From: Scyliorhinus canicula
Taxonomy: Eukaryota
Assembly: GCF_902713615.1 (NCBI RefSeq)
Contig: NC_052156.1
Location: forward strand, 159,770,789 to 159,834,788
Direction of reading: 5' to 3'
DNA: 64,000 nucleotides
Positions 24,528 through 35,688 of this stretch are shown here, in pieces; position 1 is the first letter of the stretch, and each line of letters begins with the position of its first letter. The translations under genes and the position numbers were made by a program. A model generated the notes under the pieces. It was not told the origin of the DNA. It ran no database searches and saw only the letters and a program-made list of their open reading frames with translations.

Positions 24528-25381
24528 TGTTCTGACCCCTGGAATGGTGCAGGGTCAATTTCAGCCCCACTTGACCAGGAGTCACAACACAATTGAAATT
24601 AATAAATAATTCTTATAAAACACCCAAAGTCTTTGGCCCTGGGCTGCCCAGTAATTACAGTCGCAAGGTTTGTAAAACGTAAACACAATAAAATTTATTA
24701 ATAACTGGAACTGTGATTAAATATGCAGCAGATACAACAGGTTAGCTATTAAGTATTAATTAACCCGCCACACACCAAAATGCANNNNNNNNNNNNNNNN
24801 NNNNNNNNNNNNNNNNNNNNNNNNNNNNNNNNNNNNNNNNNNNNNNNNNNNNNNNNNNNNNNNNNNNNNNNNNNNNNNNNNNNNNNNNNNNNNNNNNNNN
24901 NNNNNNNNNNNNNNNNNNNNNNNNNNNNNNNNNNNNNNNNNNNNNNNNNNNNNNNNNGCAGAAGAGAGGTGTAAAAATAATAATGAAAATAAAAAGATGA
25001 GTTTTTCTTTCAGATGGTTTTTCCTAGCACCTTTCTTCCGTCCAGGCTTTCAGTTTGAGGTTTTCTGTTTCAAGGCTGAAATGTTGTTTTGCTGTCGATT
25101 CATTCAGGTCTCTGCAGTATTAGAAATACATTCTGGAGAGGGAGAACAGAGAGCAGGCCCACCTCGCTGAGCATCCAGAACTCCAACTGCTTCCCCTGGT
25201 TCTCTGAAACTCCACCCACTCAGTAAGGTCCCAATCACCGCCTGTTACAAGGCAGAATACGACCTTTTGGTCAACTGATTGGACACCAGCCAAGCAATCG
25301 AACTGAATCCCATAGGTCTTTCAGGTGCCGAAAAGTCTTGAGTTCTGCTGTCGTCCGAATGCTAGCAGTGTGTTTTGTTTC
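24528..25381 (-). mobile_element. LTR fragment (same family as 56043-57080), spanning the gap
   Basis: TGTTCTGACCCCTGG...GGTCAATTTCAGCCCCACTTGACCAGGAGTCACAACAC aligns with 56043 onward; TTTATT polyA signal on minus strand. Confidence 0.6.
24785..24957. other. Assembly gap (173 N)
   Basis: Run of N. Confidence 1.
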
Positions 25382-25815
25382 AGAACATAGAACATAGAAC
25401 AGTACAGCACAGTACAGGCCCTTCAGCCATCGATGTTGTGCCGACCGTTTATCCTAATCTAAGATCAACCTAACCTACACCGCTTCAATTTACTGTTGTC
25501 CATGTGCCTGTCCAAGAGTCGCTTAAATGCTTTGGAGAGGGTGCAGAGGAGATTTACCAGGATGCTGCCTGGACTGGAGGGCATGTCTTATGAAGAAAGG
25601 TTGAGGGAGCTCGGGCTTTTCTCACTGGAGCGGAAAGGCAGAGAGATGACTTGATAGAGGTGTACAAGGTGATGAGAGGCATGGATAGGGTGGATAGTCA
25701 GAGACTTTTCTCCAGGACTGAAATGGCTGTCACGAGGGGACATTATTTGAAGGTGATTGGAGGAAGGTATAGGGGAGATGTCAGAGGTAGTTTCTTTACA
25801 CAGAGAATAGCGGGT
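25382..25815. mobile_element. CR1 (HER1-like) LINE with internal inversion
   Basis: 25382-25530 is the 3' terminus on minus; 25531-25815 is upstream ORF2 on plus (LERVQRRFTRMLPGLEGMSYEERL...DLIEVYKVMRG...FFTQR). Confidence 0.85.
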
Positions 25816-25992
25816 GGGCCAGCCGATGGCGTGTTGTGTGCATCACAATGATGGCAATTTTTGGGGGGGGGGGGGGGGGGGGGCATGGCGGACCGGCGTC
25901 AAACTGGCGCAGCCCCGATCCCAGCTTTGGAATCCATTCTCCGCCCGATCGCCGATCATGATTTTGGCGTTGGGCTACGGAGAATCCCACCC
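25816..25992. mobile_element. Truncated Harbinger-type MITE end
   Basis: Ends GGAGAATCCCACCC; homologous (reverse) to the left end of 1001-1803. Confidence 0.7.
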
Positions 25993-26756
25993 GTGGTTTC
26001 TTAGGCGAGGCCACACATAGCACAAGAAGACTTGGTAACAACAGAATTGAAGATTATGAGGATCGGGGAACTCACTGCTGGGCTCCAATTTTATTTCTCC
26101 AATGGACAGTTTTCAGAACGCTGAGGTAACTGTTCAGTCAATAGCCTAACAATGTAATTCTGTCAACCTGTTAAATAATCCAGGGAGAATTGGCATTGTT
26201 CTAGCAATACATTCGTAAATGTTGGCACAAGGAAGCACAAGTAGTTAGGGTACAATTTAGACAGAAACACTTAGCAATATTTTTCAATTGACTTGTCTCA
26301 GCTATGGGCAGCCTGTGGTAACAGTATGTTAAGGTACTGAATTGCTGCTTGTGATCAGTCAGTTGCGAACTGATGGTGTCAGCGTGACCTGCAGGGCACC
26401 TTTCACACTGTTTATTACTCTGCTGAAGAGAGGCATAGCACGACAGAGTGAATCAAAGTCAGATTACTGTCACGATTGTGGGTTTCAGGGTTAGCAGTTA
26501 TTGATTCTGAGCCCTGGCGACAAATTCCCAAGTCTAACATGCCGTAGAAATGCCCAATCTTGCTGACTGTTCTGCCTGACTAACCAGTACACTAACCAGT
26601 TGAAGAATCAGTTTGGGGTCTGCAGTGAACGCTTCACAATCGTAGAAGTTCAAGGGGGAAATGCTTTTAACGAATCAACATTTTCAGGTGAACTAATTTT
26701 AAATCTAAATGAAAACCAATTTTGAAGCATTTCATGACTCCGAGAAGGCAGGCAGT

Positions 26757-27102
26757 ATCATAGAATCAGAGAATTTACAGAGCAGAAGGAGGCCATTTGG
26801 CTCATCGGGTCTGCAACGGCCCTTGAAAGAGCACCCTATTTAAGCCCATGCCTCCACCCTATCCCCGTAATCCAGCAACCCCACCTAACTTTTTTGGACA
26901 CTGGAGACAGATCACGATTGCCAATCAACCAAACCTGCACATCCCCAGACCGTGGGAGGAAACCGGCGTACCCGGGGGAAACACACGCAGACACGGGGAG
27001 AAAGTGCAAACTCCACACAGACAGTCACCCAATGCCGGAATTGAACCCAGGTCCCTGGCAGTGTGAAGCAGCAGTGCTAACCACTGCCGCACCATGCCGC
27101 CC
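26757..27102 (-). mobile_element. HE1 SINE, full length
   Basis: Head, V-domain, CR1 tail (TTCTATGA). Confidence 0.9.
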
Positions 27103-27414
27103 AGTAAACAAGAGATTTATTTATACTATTTACAAACGAAGCATATTGCTCCCACTACAATCCTAGCTGGGAACGCTAACGCACCAGACCCTGTTTTGGG
27201 CCTGCTTTTACGTTAGCTCATAACAAGTCCAAGAAAGGTATGCTCACCAGGACACTGGAAGATTCTATGGGCGAATTGTACCAGAATTTGGCAAAGTGTC
27301 AGGCTCAGACTGAAAACCAGGTGCCCATACCTGTTTTCAGCCTGCAACACTGATCCCGTGAACAGCCAATGCAGGTTCAAAATCGCCCCCGTATTTCTTC
27401 AAATGGGATGGAGT

Positions 27415-28560
27415 TGAATCATAGAATGGTTATGACACAGTGGAGGACCATTTTGCCCATTGAATCTGTTGTCTGCAGGAACAATTCACTGAGTGCACCC
27501 CTCAACTTCTGCGCAACAGTTCAGCATTTTCTGTTATCTTGAGACACTGCAGCCATACTTTTGAAAGCCTTAATTGAATCTGCCTCACCCACAATCTCAG
27601 ATGTTGCACTCCAGAACCTCGGGCGGGATTCTCCGACCCCTCGCCGGGCCAGTCGGGGGCTGTTGGCAGTGCCCCCCCCCCCCCCAGCGATTCTCCAGGC
27701 CCCGATGGGCCGAGAGGCCGCCCGTTTTCGGCCAGTCCTGCCGGCGTGGATTAGACAAGGTCCATACCGGCGGGATCTGGCTTTGAGGGCGGCTTGCAGA
27801 GTCATCAGGGGGGCGCGGGGGGATCCGGCCCCGGGGGGGGGGCAAGGTGGCCTTGCCCGCAATCGGGGCCCACCGATCTATGGGCGGGCATGTGCCATGG
27901 GGCACTCTTTCCCTCCGCGCTAGCCTGTGTAAGGATCCGCGATAGCCGGCGCGGAGAAGAAACGCCCTGCGCAAGCGCAGGAATCATGCCAGCGGTTCTG
28001 CGCATGCACCAGAACACCCTGGCGCTCCTGCGCATGCGCCAACACACGTGGAGGAGCTGAATGGATTTCACACCTTCCGGGCGGCCTGATGCCGGAGTGG
28101 TTCACGCCACTCTTTGGCCCCGGTGCGGCCCACCTCGCCGATTGCGGGAGAATCCCGCCTCTAATCACTCACTTCGTAAAAAGAGATTTTCCTCATGTTG
28201 CCATTGCCATTGCCTTAAATCAGTGTGCTGTGGTTCTTGACCTTTCCACCAATTGTCTCCAGACCCCTCATGACTTTGAATGCATCTATCAAATCCCACA
28301 TCAACCTTCTCCTCTCCAAGGAGAACCGTGCCAGCTTCTCCAACCTACCCGTGTGACTTAAATTACTCATCCTTGGAACCATTCTCATGAACCTTTCCTG
28401 CACTTTCTCTAATAACTCCACCTGCTTCCTAAAGTGTGAGTACCAGAACGAAGACTGCATGTGAGGCTGGACCAGTGTTCTGTACAGGTCGAATATAACT
28501 TCCTTGCTTTTGTACTCACTGCATTTATTTAGGATCCATATGCTTTATAACCATTTTATC
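27415..28560 (-). mobile_element. Old CR1 LINE fragment interrupted by a MITE
   Basis: Minus ORF 28215-28460 FWYSHFRKQVELLEKVQERFMRMVP...FSLERRRLMWDLIDAFKVMRG. Confidence 0.8.
27621..28160. mobile_element. GC-rich Harbinger-type MITE (opposite orientation to 12068 and 18379 copies)
   Basis: TIRs GGGCGGGATTCTCC / GGAGAATCCCGCCT; flanks CTC/CTA. Confidence 0.88.
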
Positions 28561-28577
28561 ACCCTATCCTGTCACCC

Positions 28578-28838
28578 ACTAAGAACTAGGAGCAGAAGTT
28601 GGCCATTCAGCCCCTCGGGCCTGCTCCGCCATTCAATACGATCATGGCTGATTTCATCTCGGTCCCAACTCCACTTTCCTGCCCGTTCTCCATAACCTTT
28701 CAACCCATTACTAATTAAACATCTGTCTATCTTCTTCTTAAATTCACTCAATGTCCCAGCAACCACCACACTCTGGGGCAATGAATTCCACAGGTTCATC
28801 ACCCTTTGAGAGAAGTAATTTCTCCTCATCTCTGCTTG
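28578..28838 (-). mobile_element. CR1 LINE 3' end
   Basis: EMRRNYFSQRVMNLWNSLPQSVVVAGTLSEFKKKIDR; 3' UTR GGGCTGAATGGCCAACTTCTGCTCCTA. Confidence 0.88.
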
Positions 28839-29142
28839 CATGGTAGCACAGTGGTTAGCACTGTTGCCTCACAGCGCCGGGGTCCCAGGTCCGATTCCTG
28901 CTCGGGTCACTGTCTGTGCGGAGTCTGCACGTTCATCCCGCGTCTGCCTGGGTTTCCTCCGGGTGCTCCGGTTTCCTCCTACAAGTCCCGAAAGACGTGC
29001 TTGTTAGGTGAATTTGGACATTCTGAATTCTCCCCCAGTGTACCCGAACAGGCGCTGGAGTGTGGCGACTGGGGGCTTTTCACAGTAACCTCATTGCAGT
29101 GTTAATGTAAGCCTACTTGCGACAATAAAGATTATTATTATT
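28839..29142 (+). mobile_element. V-SINE with MER6-type tail
   Basis: HE1-type head + V-domain + CCCGAACAGGCGCTGGAGTGTGGCGACT...GTAAGCCTACTTGCGACAATAAAG(ATT)n. Confidence 0.9.
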
Positions 29143-29429
29143 GTAAATCTGCTGCCCCTTATCTCGTTCCAGATTATCCCACAAGAGGGAACATCTGCTC
29201 TCTGTCTATTTTGCACACATAATGCCAGGTCTCTCTGCTCCTGCACCCTCTTTAGGACTGTACCCCATATTTTACATTCCCTCCCCATTATTTCTCTCAA
29301 AATGAATCTCTTGGTTCTTCTCTGAATTATGTTTCAACTGCCTTTTGCCTGTTCATTCTGTCAACCATTCTATACCCCTAAGGTCCAACATTCTATACCC
29401 CTAAGGTCCAACATTATCCTCCTCATGGG

Positions 29430-29733
29430 TCATATGAGTAGCACAGTGGTTAGCACTGTTGTTTTACAGCGCCAGTGTCTCAGGTTCAATTCCCGGCTTG
29501 GGTCACTGTCTGTGAGGAGTCTGCACGTTCTCCCCGTGTCTGCGTGGGTTTCCTCCGGGTGCTCCGGTTTCCTCCCAGAAGTCCCGAAAGACGTGTTGTT
29601 AGATAATTTGGACATTCTGAATTCTCCCTCTGTGTACCGAACAGGCGCTGGAAAATGGCGACTAGGGGCTTTTCACAGTAACTTCATTGCAGTGTTAATG
29701 TAAGCCTACTTGTGCCAAAAAAGATTATTATTA
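29430..29733 (+). mobile_element. V-SINE with MER6-type tail
   Basis: Same structure as 28839-29142. Confidence 0.9.
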
Positions 29734-29974
29734 CTGATACTGTCTGGCCTTGTGTCATCCACAAATTTTGAATGTGTGCCCTGTACTCTAAAATCTAGCT
29801 CATGACCATATATCAGAAAGAGCAAGGGTCCAAACAGTAAGTCCTGGGACCATCCACGCCCACAACCCCTCCCCCCAAACACACACACCCAACGCCAACT
29901 TTTGCCACTCTTTTACTCTTCATATGTCTAAAGAAACACTTTGGATCGCCTTTAACATAAAATAATTCGCTATT

Positions 29975-30192
29975 GAGGGCAGTGGTTAGCACTGCTGCCT
30001 CACAGCGCCGAGGTTCCGTGTTCGGCCCTGGCCCTGGGTCACTGTCCATGTGGAGTTTGCACATTCTCCCCGTGTCTGCGTGGGTTTCACCCCCACAACC
30101 CAAAGATGTGCAGGATAGGAGGATTGGCCACACTAAATTGCCCCTTAATTGGAAAAAATGATTTGGGCACTGTAAAATTATTTTAAAAAACA
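29975..30192 (+). mobile_element. HE1 SINE short subfamily
   Basis: Head, V-domain, A-rich tail; embedded in old minus-strand CR1 RT debris. Confidence 0.85.
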
Positions 30193-30433
30193 TTCGCTCT
30201 CAGTGTCTTCTCAAACCCTCTCTTGTTTCTCTTATTTGTTGTGACAATTGCCCTCTGAACTTTATTTCTTGAGTCTAATTCTCAGTTATATTCTTTATAT
30301 GACATCAGTCATATGTACTCTTTCTCTGCCTCATGTTTACCTCTTGTCGTCCAGGGAGGTTTGGTGTCCAGAACTATTTCCTTTTTCAAAGCAGCCCATT
30401 TCTCGGTGTCATGCAATAAAGTCATAATTGATA

Positions 30434-30760
30434 GCATGGTGGCACAATGGTTAGCACAGCTGCCTCACAGCGCCAGGGACTCCGGTTCGATTCTGGCCTT
30501 GGGTGCCTGACTGTGTGGAGTTTGCATGTTCTCTCCCTATCTGCACGGGTTTCCTTTGGATGCTCCTGTTTCCTCCCACAGATGTGAAGGTAGGATGGAT
30601 TGACCATGTTGAAATTGCCACTTAGAGTCCAAAGATGTGCAGGTTAGGTGGGGTTAGAGGGATAGGTCGGGGGAGTGGGTCTGGGTAGGGTGCTCCTTCA
30701 GAGGATTGGTGCAGGTTCGATGGGCCGAAAGGCCTCCTTCTGCACTCTAGAGATTCTATG
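30434..30760 (+). mobile_element. HE1 SINE (older copy)
   Basis: Head, V-domain, CR1 tail GATGGGCCGAAAGGCCTCCTTCTGCAC. Confidence 0.88.
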
Positions 30761-30929
30761 AAAATTAATGGACATAACAGTGTCACCCAATCTCTAACAC
30801 ATTCCTCAACTGACTGAGAAGCCTTAAGGCAACGCCATATCCAAAGAACAGCACTCTTCTTATAGTCACTGAACTCAACCTTTCCCTTCCCTCGCACCCT
30901 TTGGGATCTACCTCTTTGTCCAGTCATTG

Positions 30930-31610
30930 TCAGCCTCTAATATCGGGCCTCTTGGCTCATTTAAATATCAGGGCGCCACATTAACCCGGCACCTGGGATT
31001 CACCAGCCTCACTTGGGACACCTTGCCAGGACGGCGTTTAGTACTGGCCCACACAAACATGGGCCTGGCATAATGGCACCCGGGAGGGGTCTATCAGGCC
31101 ATTGGAGAGCCCCGGGTGGCCAGGGGTAAGGCGCGTTGACACTCCCCTTGGCACCTGGGAACCTAGGCACCCCAGCCTGGCATCTTGGTAGTATCAACCA
31201 AACACCCTGACAGTGCCACCCTGGCACTGCTAGGGTGCCCGGGTGACACGTCCAGTGTGCCATGCTAGCAATGCTAGTGGTTGGACCCAGGGGGGCCCTT
31301 CCACTTGGAGGGGGGTGAAGGACGATTCCCAGATGCTTCCCCAAGCTTGCGGGGGGGAGGGGGGGGGTGGAACAAAATGAGATGGGCTGAAATGAGTGAA
31401 CAAAATGGCACCCTGATCTATAAGCAGACTTTCCTGTTGGCGACAAAATCTATCTTAGTGTGGCTTCGGGGGGAAGAAACTCCCCAAGGCCATCAAAATG
31501 ACAAAGTGCCGTTGGATAGCAGGATGTTTCTTGGTGCTCCAGCCACCGAGAGTAGCCCCACGAAACGTGCCCGACAGCGGACTTTAACTTCAGTCTGTTG
31601 AATCGTACCC
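30930..31610. mobile_element. MITE fragment, GGGCGCGATTCAAC subfamily
   Basis: Ends GTTGAATCGTACCC; interior homologous to 55570-55920. Confidence 0.65.
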
Positions 31611-31959
31611 ATCACGTTAAATGTCCTAGTCTTATTAAACATCCTTTTTAGTACCATAGGATAATTTTTTCCATGAAAGGAAAAATTGCATTTTCCATAA
31701 ATGCAATATTCTCTCCTTGGACTGGGGGTCAGCCTTGATTATACGTTACAATTCCACAGGGAGGCTTGAGCTCATTTTCTGATTCAAAAAGTGATAAAAT
31801 TGAAATCAGTGGGATAAAATGTTCGCTGGTTCCATAAAAAGTGATTTATAAGAACTTACAAACATAAGCATTAGGAGCAAGAGTAGGCCACTCAGCCCCT
31901 CGAGCTTGCCGGCTCCTCCAGCATCACACAACATAAGTTGTACTGGGGTTGAAAGGGTT

Positions 31960-32350
31960 AATCGGCGAGTGAAGATTGCATAAAAGTGGGTTGTATTCCC
32001 TTGAGTGTAGAAGATTGAGGGGCGATTAGATTGGGGTGGTTAAAGGATTTGACTGGGCAGATGGAGAAATGATTTGGTCTGGTGGAGGAATCAGGAACAG
32101 TGGCGCCATAATCAGAAGATTTCGGAGGGAAACCAGGATGCACTTTTCGACACAACATGCAGTGAAAAGTGTGAACTCTCCCACTCAAGGTTCTGGATGC
32201 TGTCGGAGATTTCAAGACTTACATTGATGCATTAGACAAGGGTAATTATGGAGTCAAGGCGCATCAGTAGAATTAAGGAAAAGGCCAGACATGATCTAAT
32301 TGAACGGCAGAGCAGACGAGAGGGGCAGAATGGCCTACTTCTCTTCCTAT
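31960..32350 (+). mobile_element. Old CR1 LINE 3' fragment
   Basis: TTCCCTTGAGTGTAGAAGATTGAGGGGCG...AGAATGGCCTACTTCTCTTCCTATG. Confidence 0.7.
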
Positions 32351-32437
32351 GAACACTTTCATACATGTCACAGAACTTCCCAACCCCTCTCATTCATCTC
32401 TCGACTTGAAAGGCACTCACCATTCCGCATCATTAAT

Positions 32438-32620
32438 TGATGTGGAGATACCGGCTTTGGACTGGGGTGGGCACAGTAAGAAGTCTGACAACACCAGGTT
32501 AAAGTCCAACAGGTTTGTTCCGAATCACTAGCTTTCGGAGCGCAGCTCCGAAAGGTAGTGATTCGAAACAAACCTGTTGGGAGTTTAACCTGGTGTTGTC
32601 AGACTTCTTACTGTGTGCAC
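32438..32620. mobile_element. Fold-back (palindromic) Penelope pLTR mini-element
   Basis: Left arm near-identical to PLE end at 39228-39338; inverted repeat 32466-32621 centred on GGAGC-GCA-GCTCC; TSD CATTAAT at 32431-32437 and 32621-32627. Confidence 0.88.
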
Positions 32621-33596
32621 CATTAATTCTCCTGGCAAAAACGGATCATATTTCAGGAAACACACCCTAAATCGTGTTCTCCAACAATTCCAAGTTAGAG
32701 TTCGCTGAAACAGCCTTTCCGTGAGCCAGTGGGGGATGGGGTTGGGGGGGCAGTGCATTGTGCTTATTTAACCCCAGTGCGACCGACTGCAATGCGTTTA
32801 TTCCTAACTTCAATTCATTGCATTCTTCCTGGGCCTCCTGGTACAATATATTTCAGCAACATTCCTGGGATAATGTTAAACAGATTGCTGTCAGCTTGCA
32901 AGAGGCAGCAGTTCCACCCTCCCAGACTGTCAGATAATAAATTTTGCACCACTTATGGAACAAGACCATTGTGTATTTCATTGCACTGGACGATTTACAC
33001 GTGCTATGAACAGATGTACGGGACATCACCTCATATTAGGTCAGACTCTGAGAACTGAATTCACTGCACAAACAGTGAGTAGATGAATCTGGCTTAACAC
33101 ATGCTATATGGAACAAATTAGTGCCAAAGTGAACCTTCAGGGAACACAGATGCAAACCCAGATGGATTAGTTCATAGGATTATGTGCAGGCGTTATTCTG
33201 CAATCTTTAATGTTTTATTCGCCTCCCCCCCCCCCCCCCCCCCACCCCTTCCAATTGTTTTTGGCTAAAGCTGTGTATTCCTACGGTGCTCCATTAGTGA
33301 CTGCAGCTCATTTCTCCAGTGATGCACAGATTTTATATTTGCTAGAATTGAAGTGGGGAGAGTTAAGCACCACACTGAGTTGGGGCTCCAATCAATCAAT
33401 CAATCGCAGGGACACTGTGTCGCCTTGTGGGGAAACATTTTTTCTCGCAATTATTTGCCTTCTCTCTTTAGGGCCCTTGAGGATCATGCGCACTCCCCCA
33501 GCTGTTTCGCGCCTCAGATGGTGTGTGGTGGACAGGCTTTCAGGACTCCGTTGATCTCGACTTGGGGGCAGCAGATCAGAAAAAAGAGATGCCCAG

Positions 33597-34237
33597 TGTC
33601 ATGTGAGAGTACCTTTAAGAAATGGGGGTTTATAAAATAGCTGTAGTGGATGTACCTTTAAGAAATTGGGGGTTATAAAATAGTTGTAGGGATGTATCTT
33701 TAAGAAATGTGTGTTTAGCAGTGATGTCAGAGTGTGGGTGGAGCTGGGCTGTCTGTCTGATTTTACTTTCGCTTTAAGCTGTCTGCTACAGAGTACCTTT
33801 TAGTTTTGTTTTAGATTTGGAGAAGCTGCAGTCGCAGCAAGATGTGTATGAATCTCTGCAAGCTAAAGAATGATAATTTGGTGATTTAAAAGTGGTAACT
33901 GTTCTCAGTAGTGAAGTTAAACCTGTTGTCTTTCTGTAAAAAGGGTTCTTTTTTGTCATATGGATGTTGCAAGGAAAGATTAAGTGTTACTTATGGAGCA
34001 CTGTATTCTTTGGGGGATTAATTGGTGTTGATAGTTGTTAAGTTTACTATGGATTTTTAAAGTGTTAACTGGTTTCATAAATAAACATTGTTTTAATTTA
34101 AAAGTATAGTAGATCTCTGTTAGATCACACCTATAAAGTAGGCCGGTGTGTTCCCCATAACCACAATCTCTTAAAAGTTGTGGGTCAGGTAAACTCCATT
34201 ACACACTTTGGGTTTCTCTAAACCCTGGCCCATAACA
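33597..34237 (+). mobile_element. Solo LTR with 4-bp TSD CCAG
   Basis: TGTCAT...ATAACA ends; CCAG at 33593-33596 and 34238-34241; AATAAA at 34080; 5' tandem GTACCTTTAAGAAAT repeats. Confidence 0.9.
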
Positions 34238-34699
34238 CCAGTCCATTGCTCTCCATCTTCCAACCCTCTTCCCCAGAGACGCCAAGGCAATATATGGCTT
34301 GTCCCAGACACAGACACAAATTTGGATACTCACCAGAAAGATCAATTCGGTCTTAATTCATAAACCATTGTTCTAAATTAGAGTTACATTCCTCCCATAA
34401 TAGTGCAATCACAGGAACAAAGGATTAATAATCATCTCTTCTTGGAGATGAGCAAGTCCTGGTCTTCGATCATCCCTGTGCTCCTCTATAATGGCTCTCG
34501 GTGTGATGTTTTTGCTTTGTGGGTGAGGATGGCTTTGAAGTGTAGTGTCTCACAAAGGACATCAAACTATGTTTCAAACAAAGCTTATTTCCCAGAATCA
34601 AGGTATCACGTGATATACATGTCTGCTCTTAATCTCCCTCTAGTGTTTGGAAGCATTCACATCAAATAGTTATCCCTTCATTTACCATACAATACACAT

Positions 34700-35100
34700 A
34701 TTGTCACACTCGGTACCCCAATTCGCATCCTTATATTTAAATTCCCCCATGGCCTCTTACCTCCCTGGTTCTGTAACCTTCTCCAGCTTCACAACTTTCT
34801 GAGAACTCTGACTTTCTCCAGCTCTTGTGCGTTCCCCATTTTCTTTGCATCACCATCAGCAGCTGTGCCTTCAGCTGCCTAGGCCTAAAGCTCTGAGTTC
34901 CCTCTCCCGTACCAGCCTCCCCGAACAGGCGGCGGAATGTGGAAACTAGGGGCTTTTCACAGTAACTTCATTTGCAGCCTACTTGGGACAATAAGCGATT
35001 TTCATTTAATTTTCATTTCAGACATTTTTGCTTCTCCACCTCTCTTTCCACTTATAAAACACAGCTCAAAACAAATCACTTTGGCCAAGCATTTCGTCAC
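34700..35100 (+). mobile_element. L2 3' fragment with inserted MER6-type SINE tail (about 34905-35020)
   Basis: CATGGCCTC..CCTCCC...TGTAACCTTCTCCAGC...GTGCCTTCAGCTGCCTAGGCC; SINE tail CCCGAACAGGCGGCGGAATGTGG...GGACAATAAGCG. Confidence 0.65.
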
Positions 35101-35104
35101 TTTT

Positions 35105-35688
35105 TTTAAAATTCATTACGACATGTGGGCATCGCTGGTTAGACCAGCATTTATTGCCCATCCCTAGTTACCCTTTAGAATGTGATGGTGAGTTGCCTTC
35201 TTGAATCGCTGCAGTCCTTAATGTGTAGGTACACCCACTATGCCGTTAGGGAGGGAGTTCCGGGATTTTGCCCCAGCGACAGTGAAGGAATGGCAATATA
35301 GTTCCAAGTCAGGGTAGTGAGTGAGTTGGAGGGGAACCTCCAGGTGGTGGGGTTCCCAGGTATTTTGCTGTTCTTGTCCATCTAGATGGTAGTGGTCGTG
35401 GGTTTGGAAGGTGCTGTCTAAGGAACCTTGGTGAGTTACTGCAGTGTATCTTGTAGAAGGTACGCAAGGCTGCCACTGTGGAGGGTTTGAATGTTTGTGA
35501 AAGGGGGAGCAATCAAGCGGGCTGTTTAGTCCGGTGTCAAGCTTCTTGAGTGTTGTTGGAGCTACACTCATCCAGGCAAGTGGAGAGTATTCCATTACTC
35601 TCCTAATTTGTGCCTTGTAGATGGTGGACAGGCTTTGGGGGATCAGTCGGTGAGTTACTCACCATAGGATTCTTGGCCTATGACCTGC
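35105..35688 (-). mobile_element. CR1-group LINE 3' end (EYSPLAW family)
   Basis: MEYSPLAWMSVAPTTLKKLDT; FYKIHCSNSPRFLRQHLP; 3' UTR GGGATGGGCAATAAATGCTGG. Confidence 0.8.

Noticed and set aside
24780-24974. ORF across poly-X
   Set aside because: Artefact of the N gap.
29366-29415. 23-bp tandem duplication (also a 15-bp duplication near 54262-54292)
   Set aside because: Ordinary slippage duplications inside decayed TEs.
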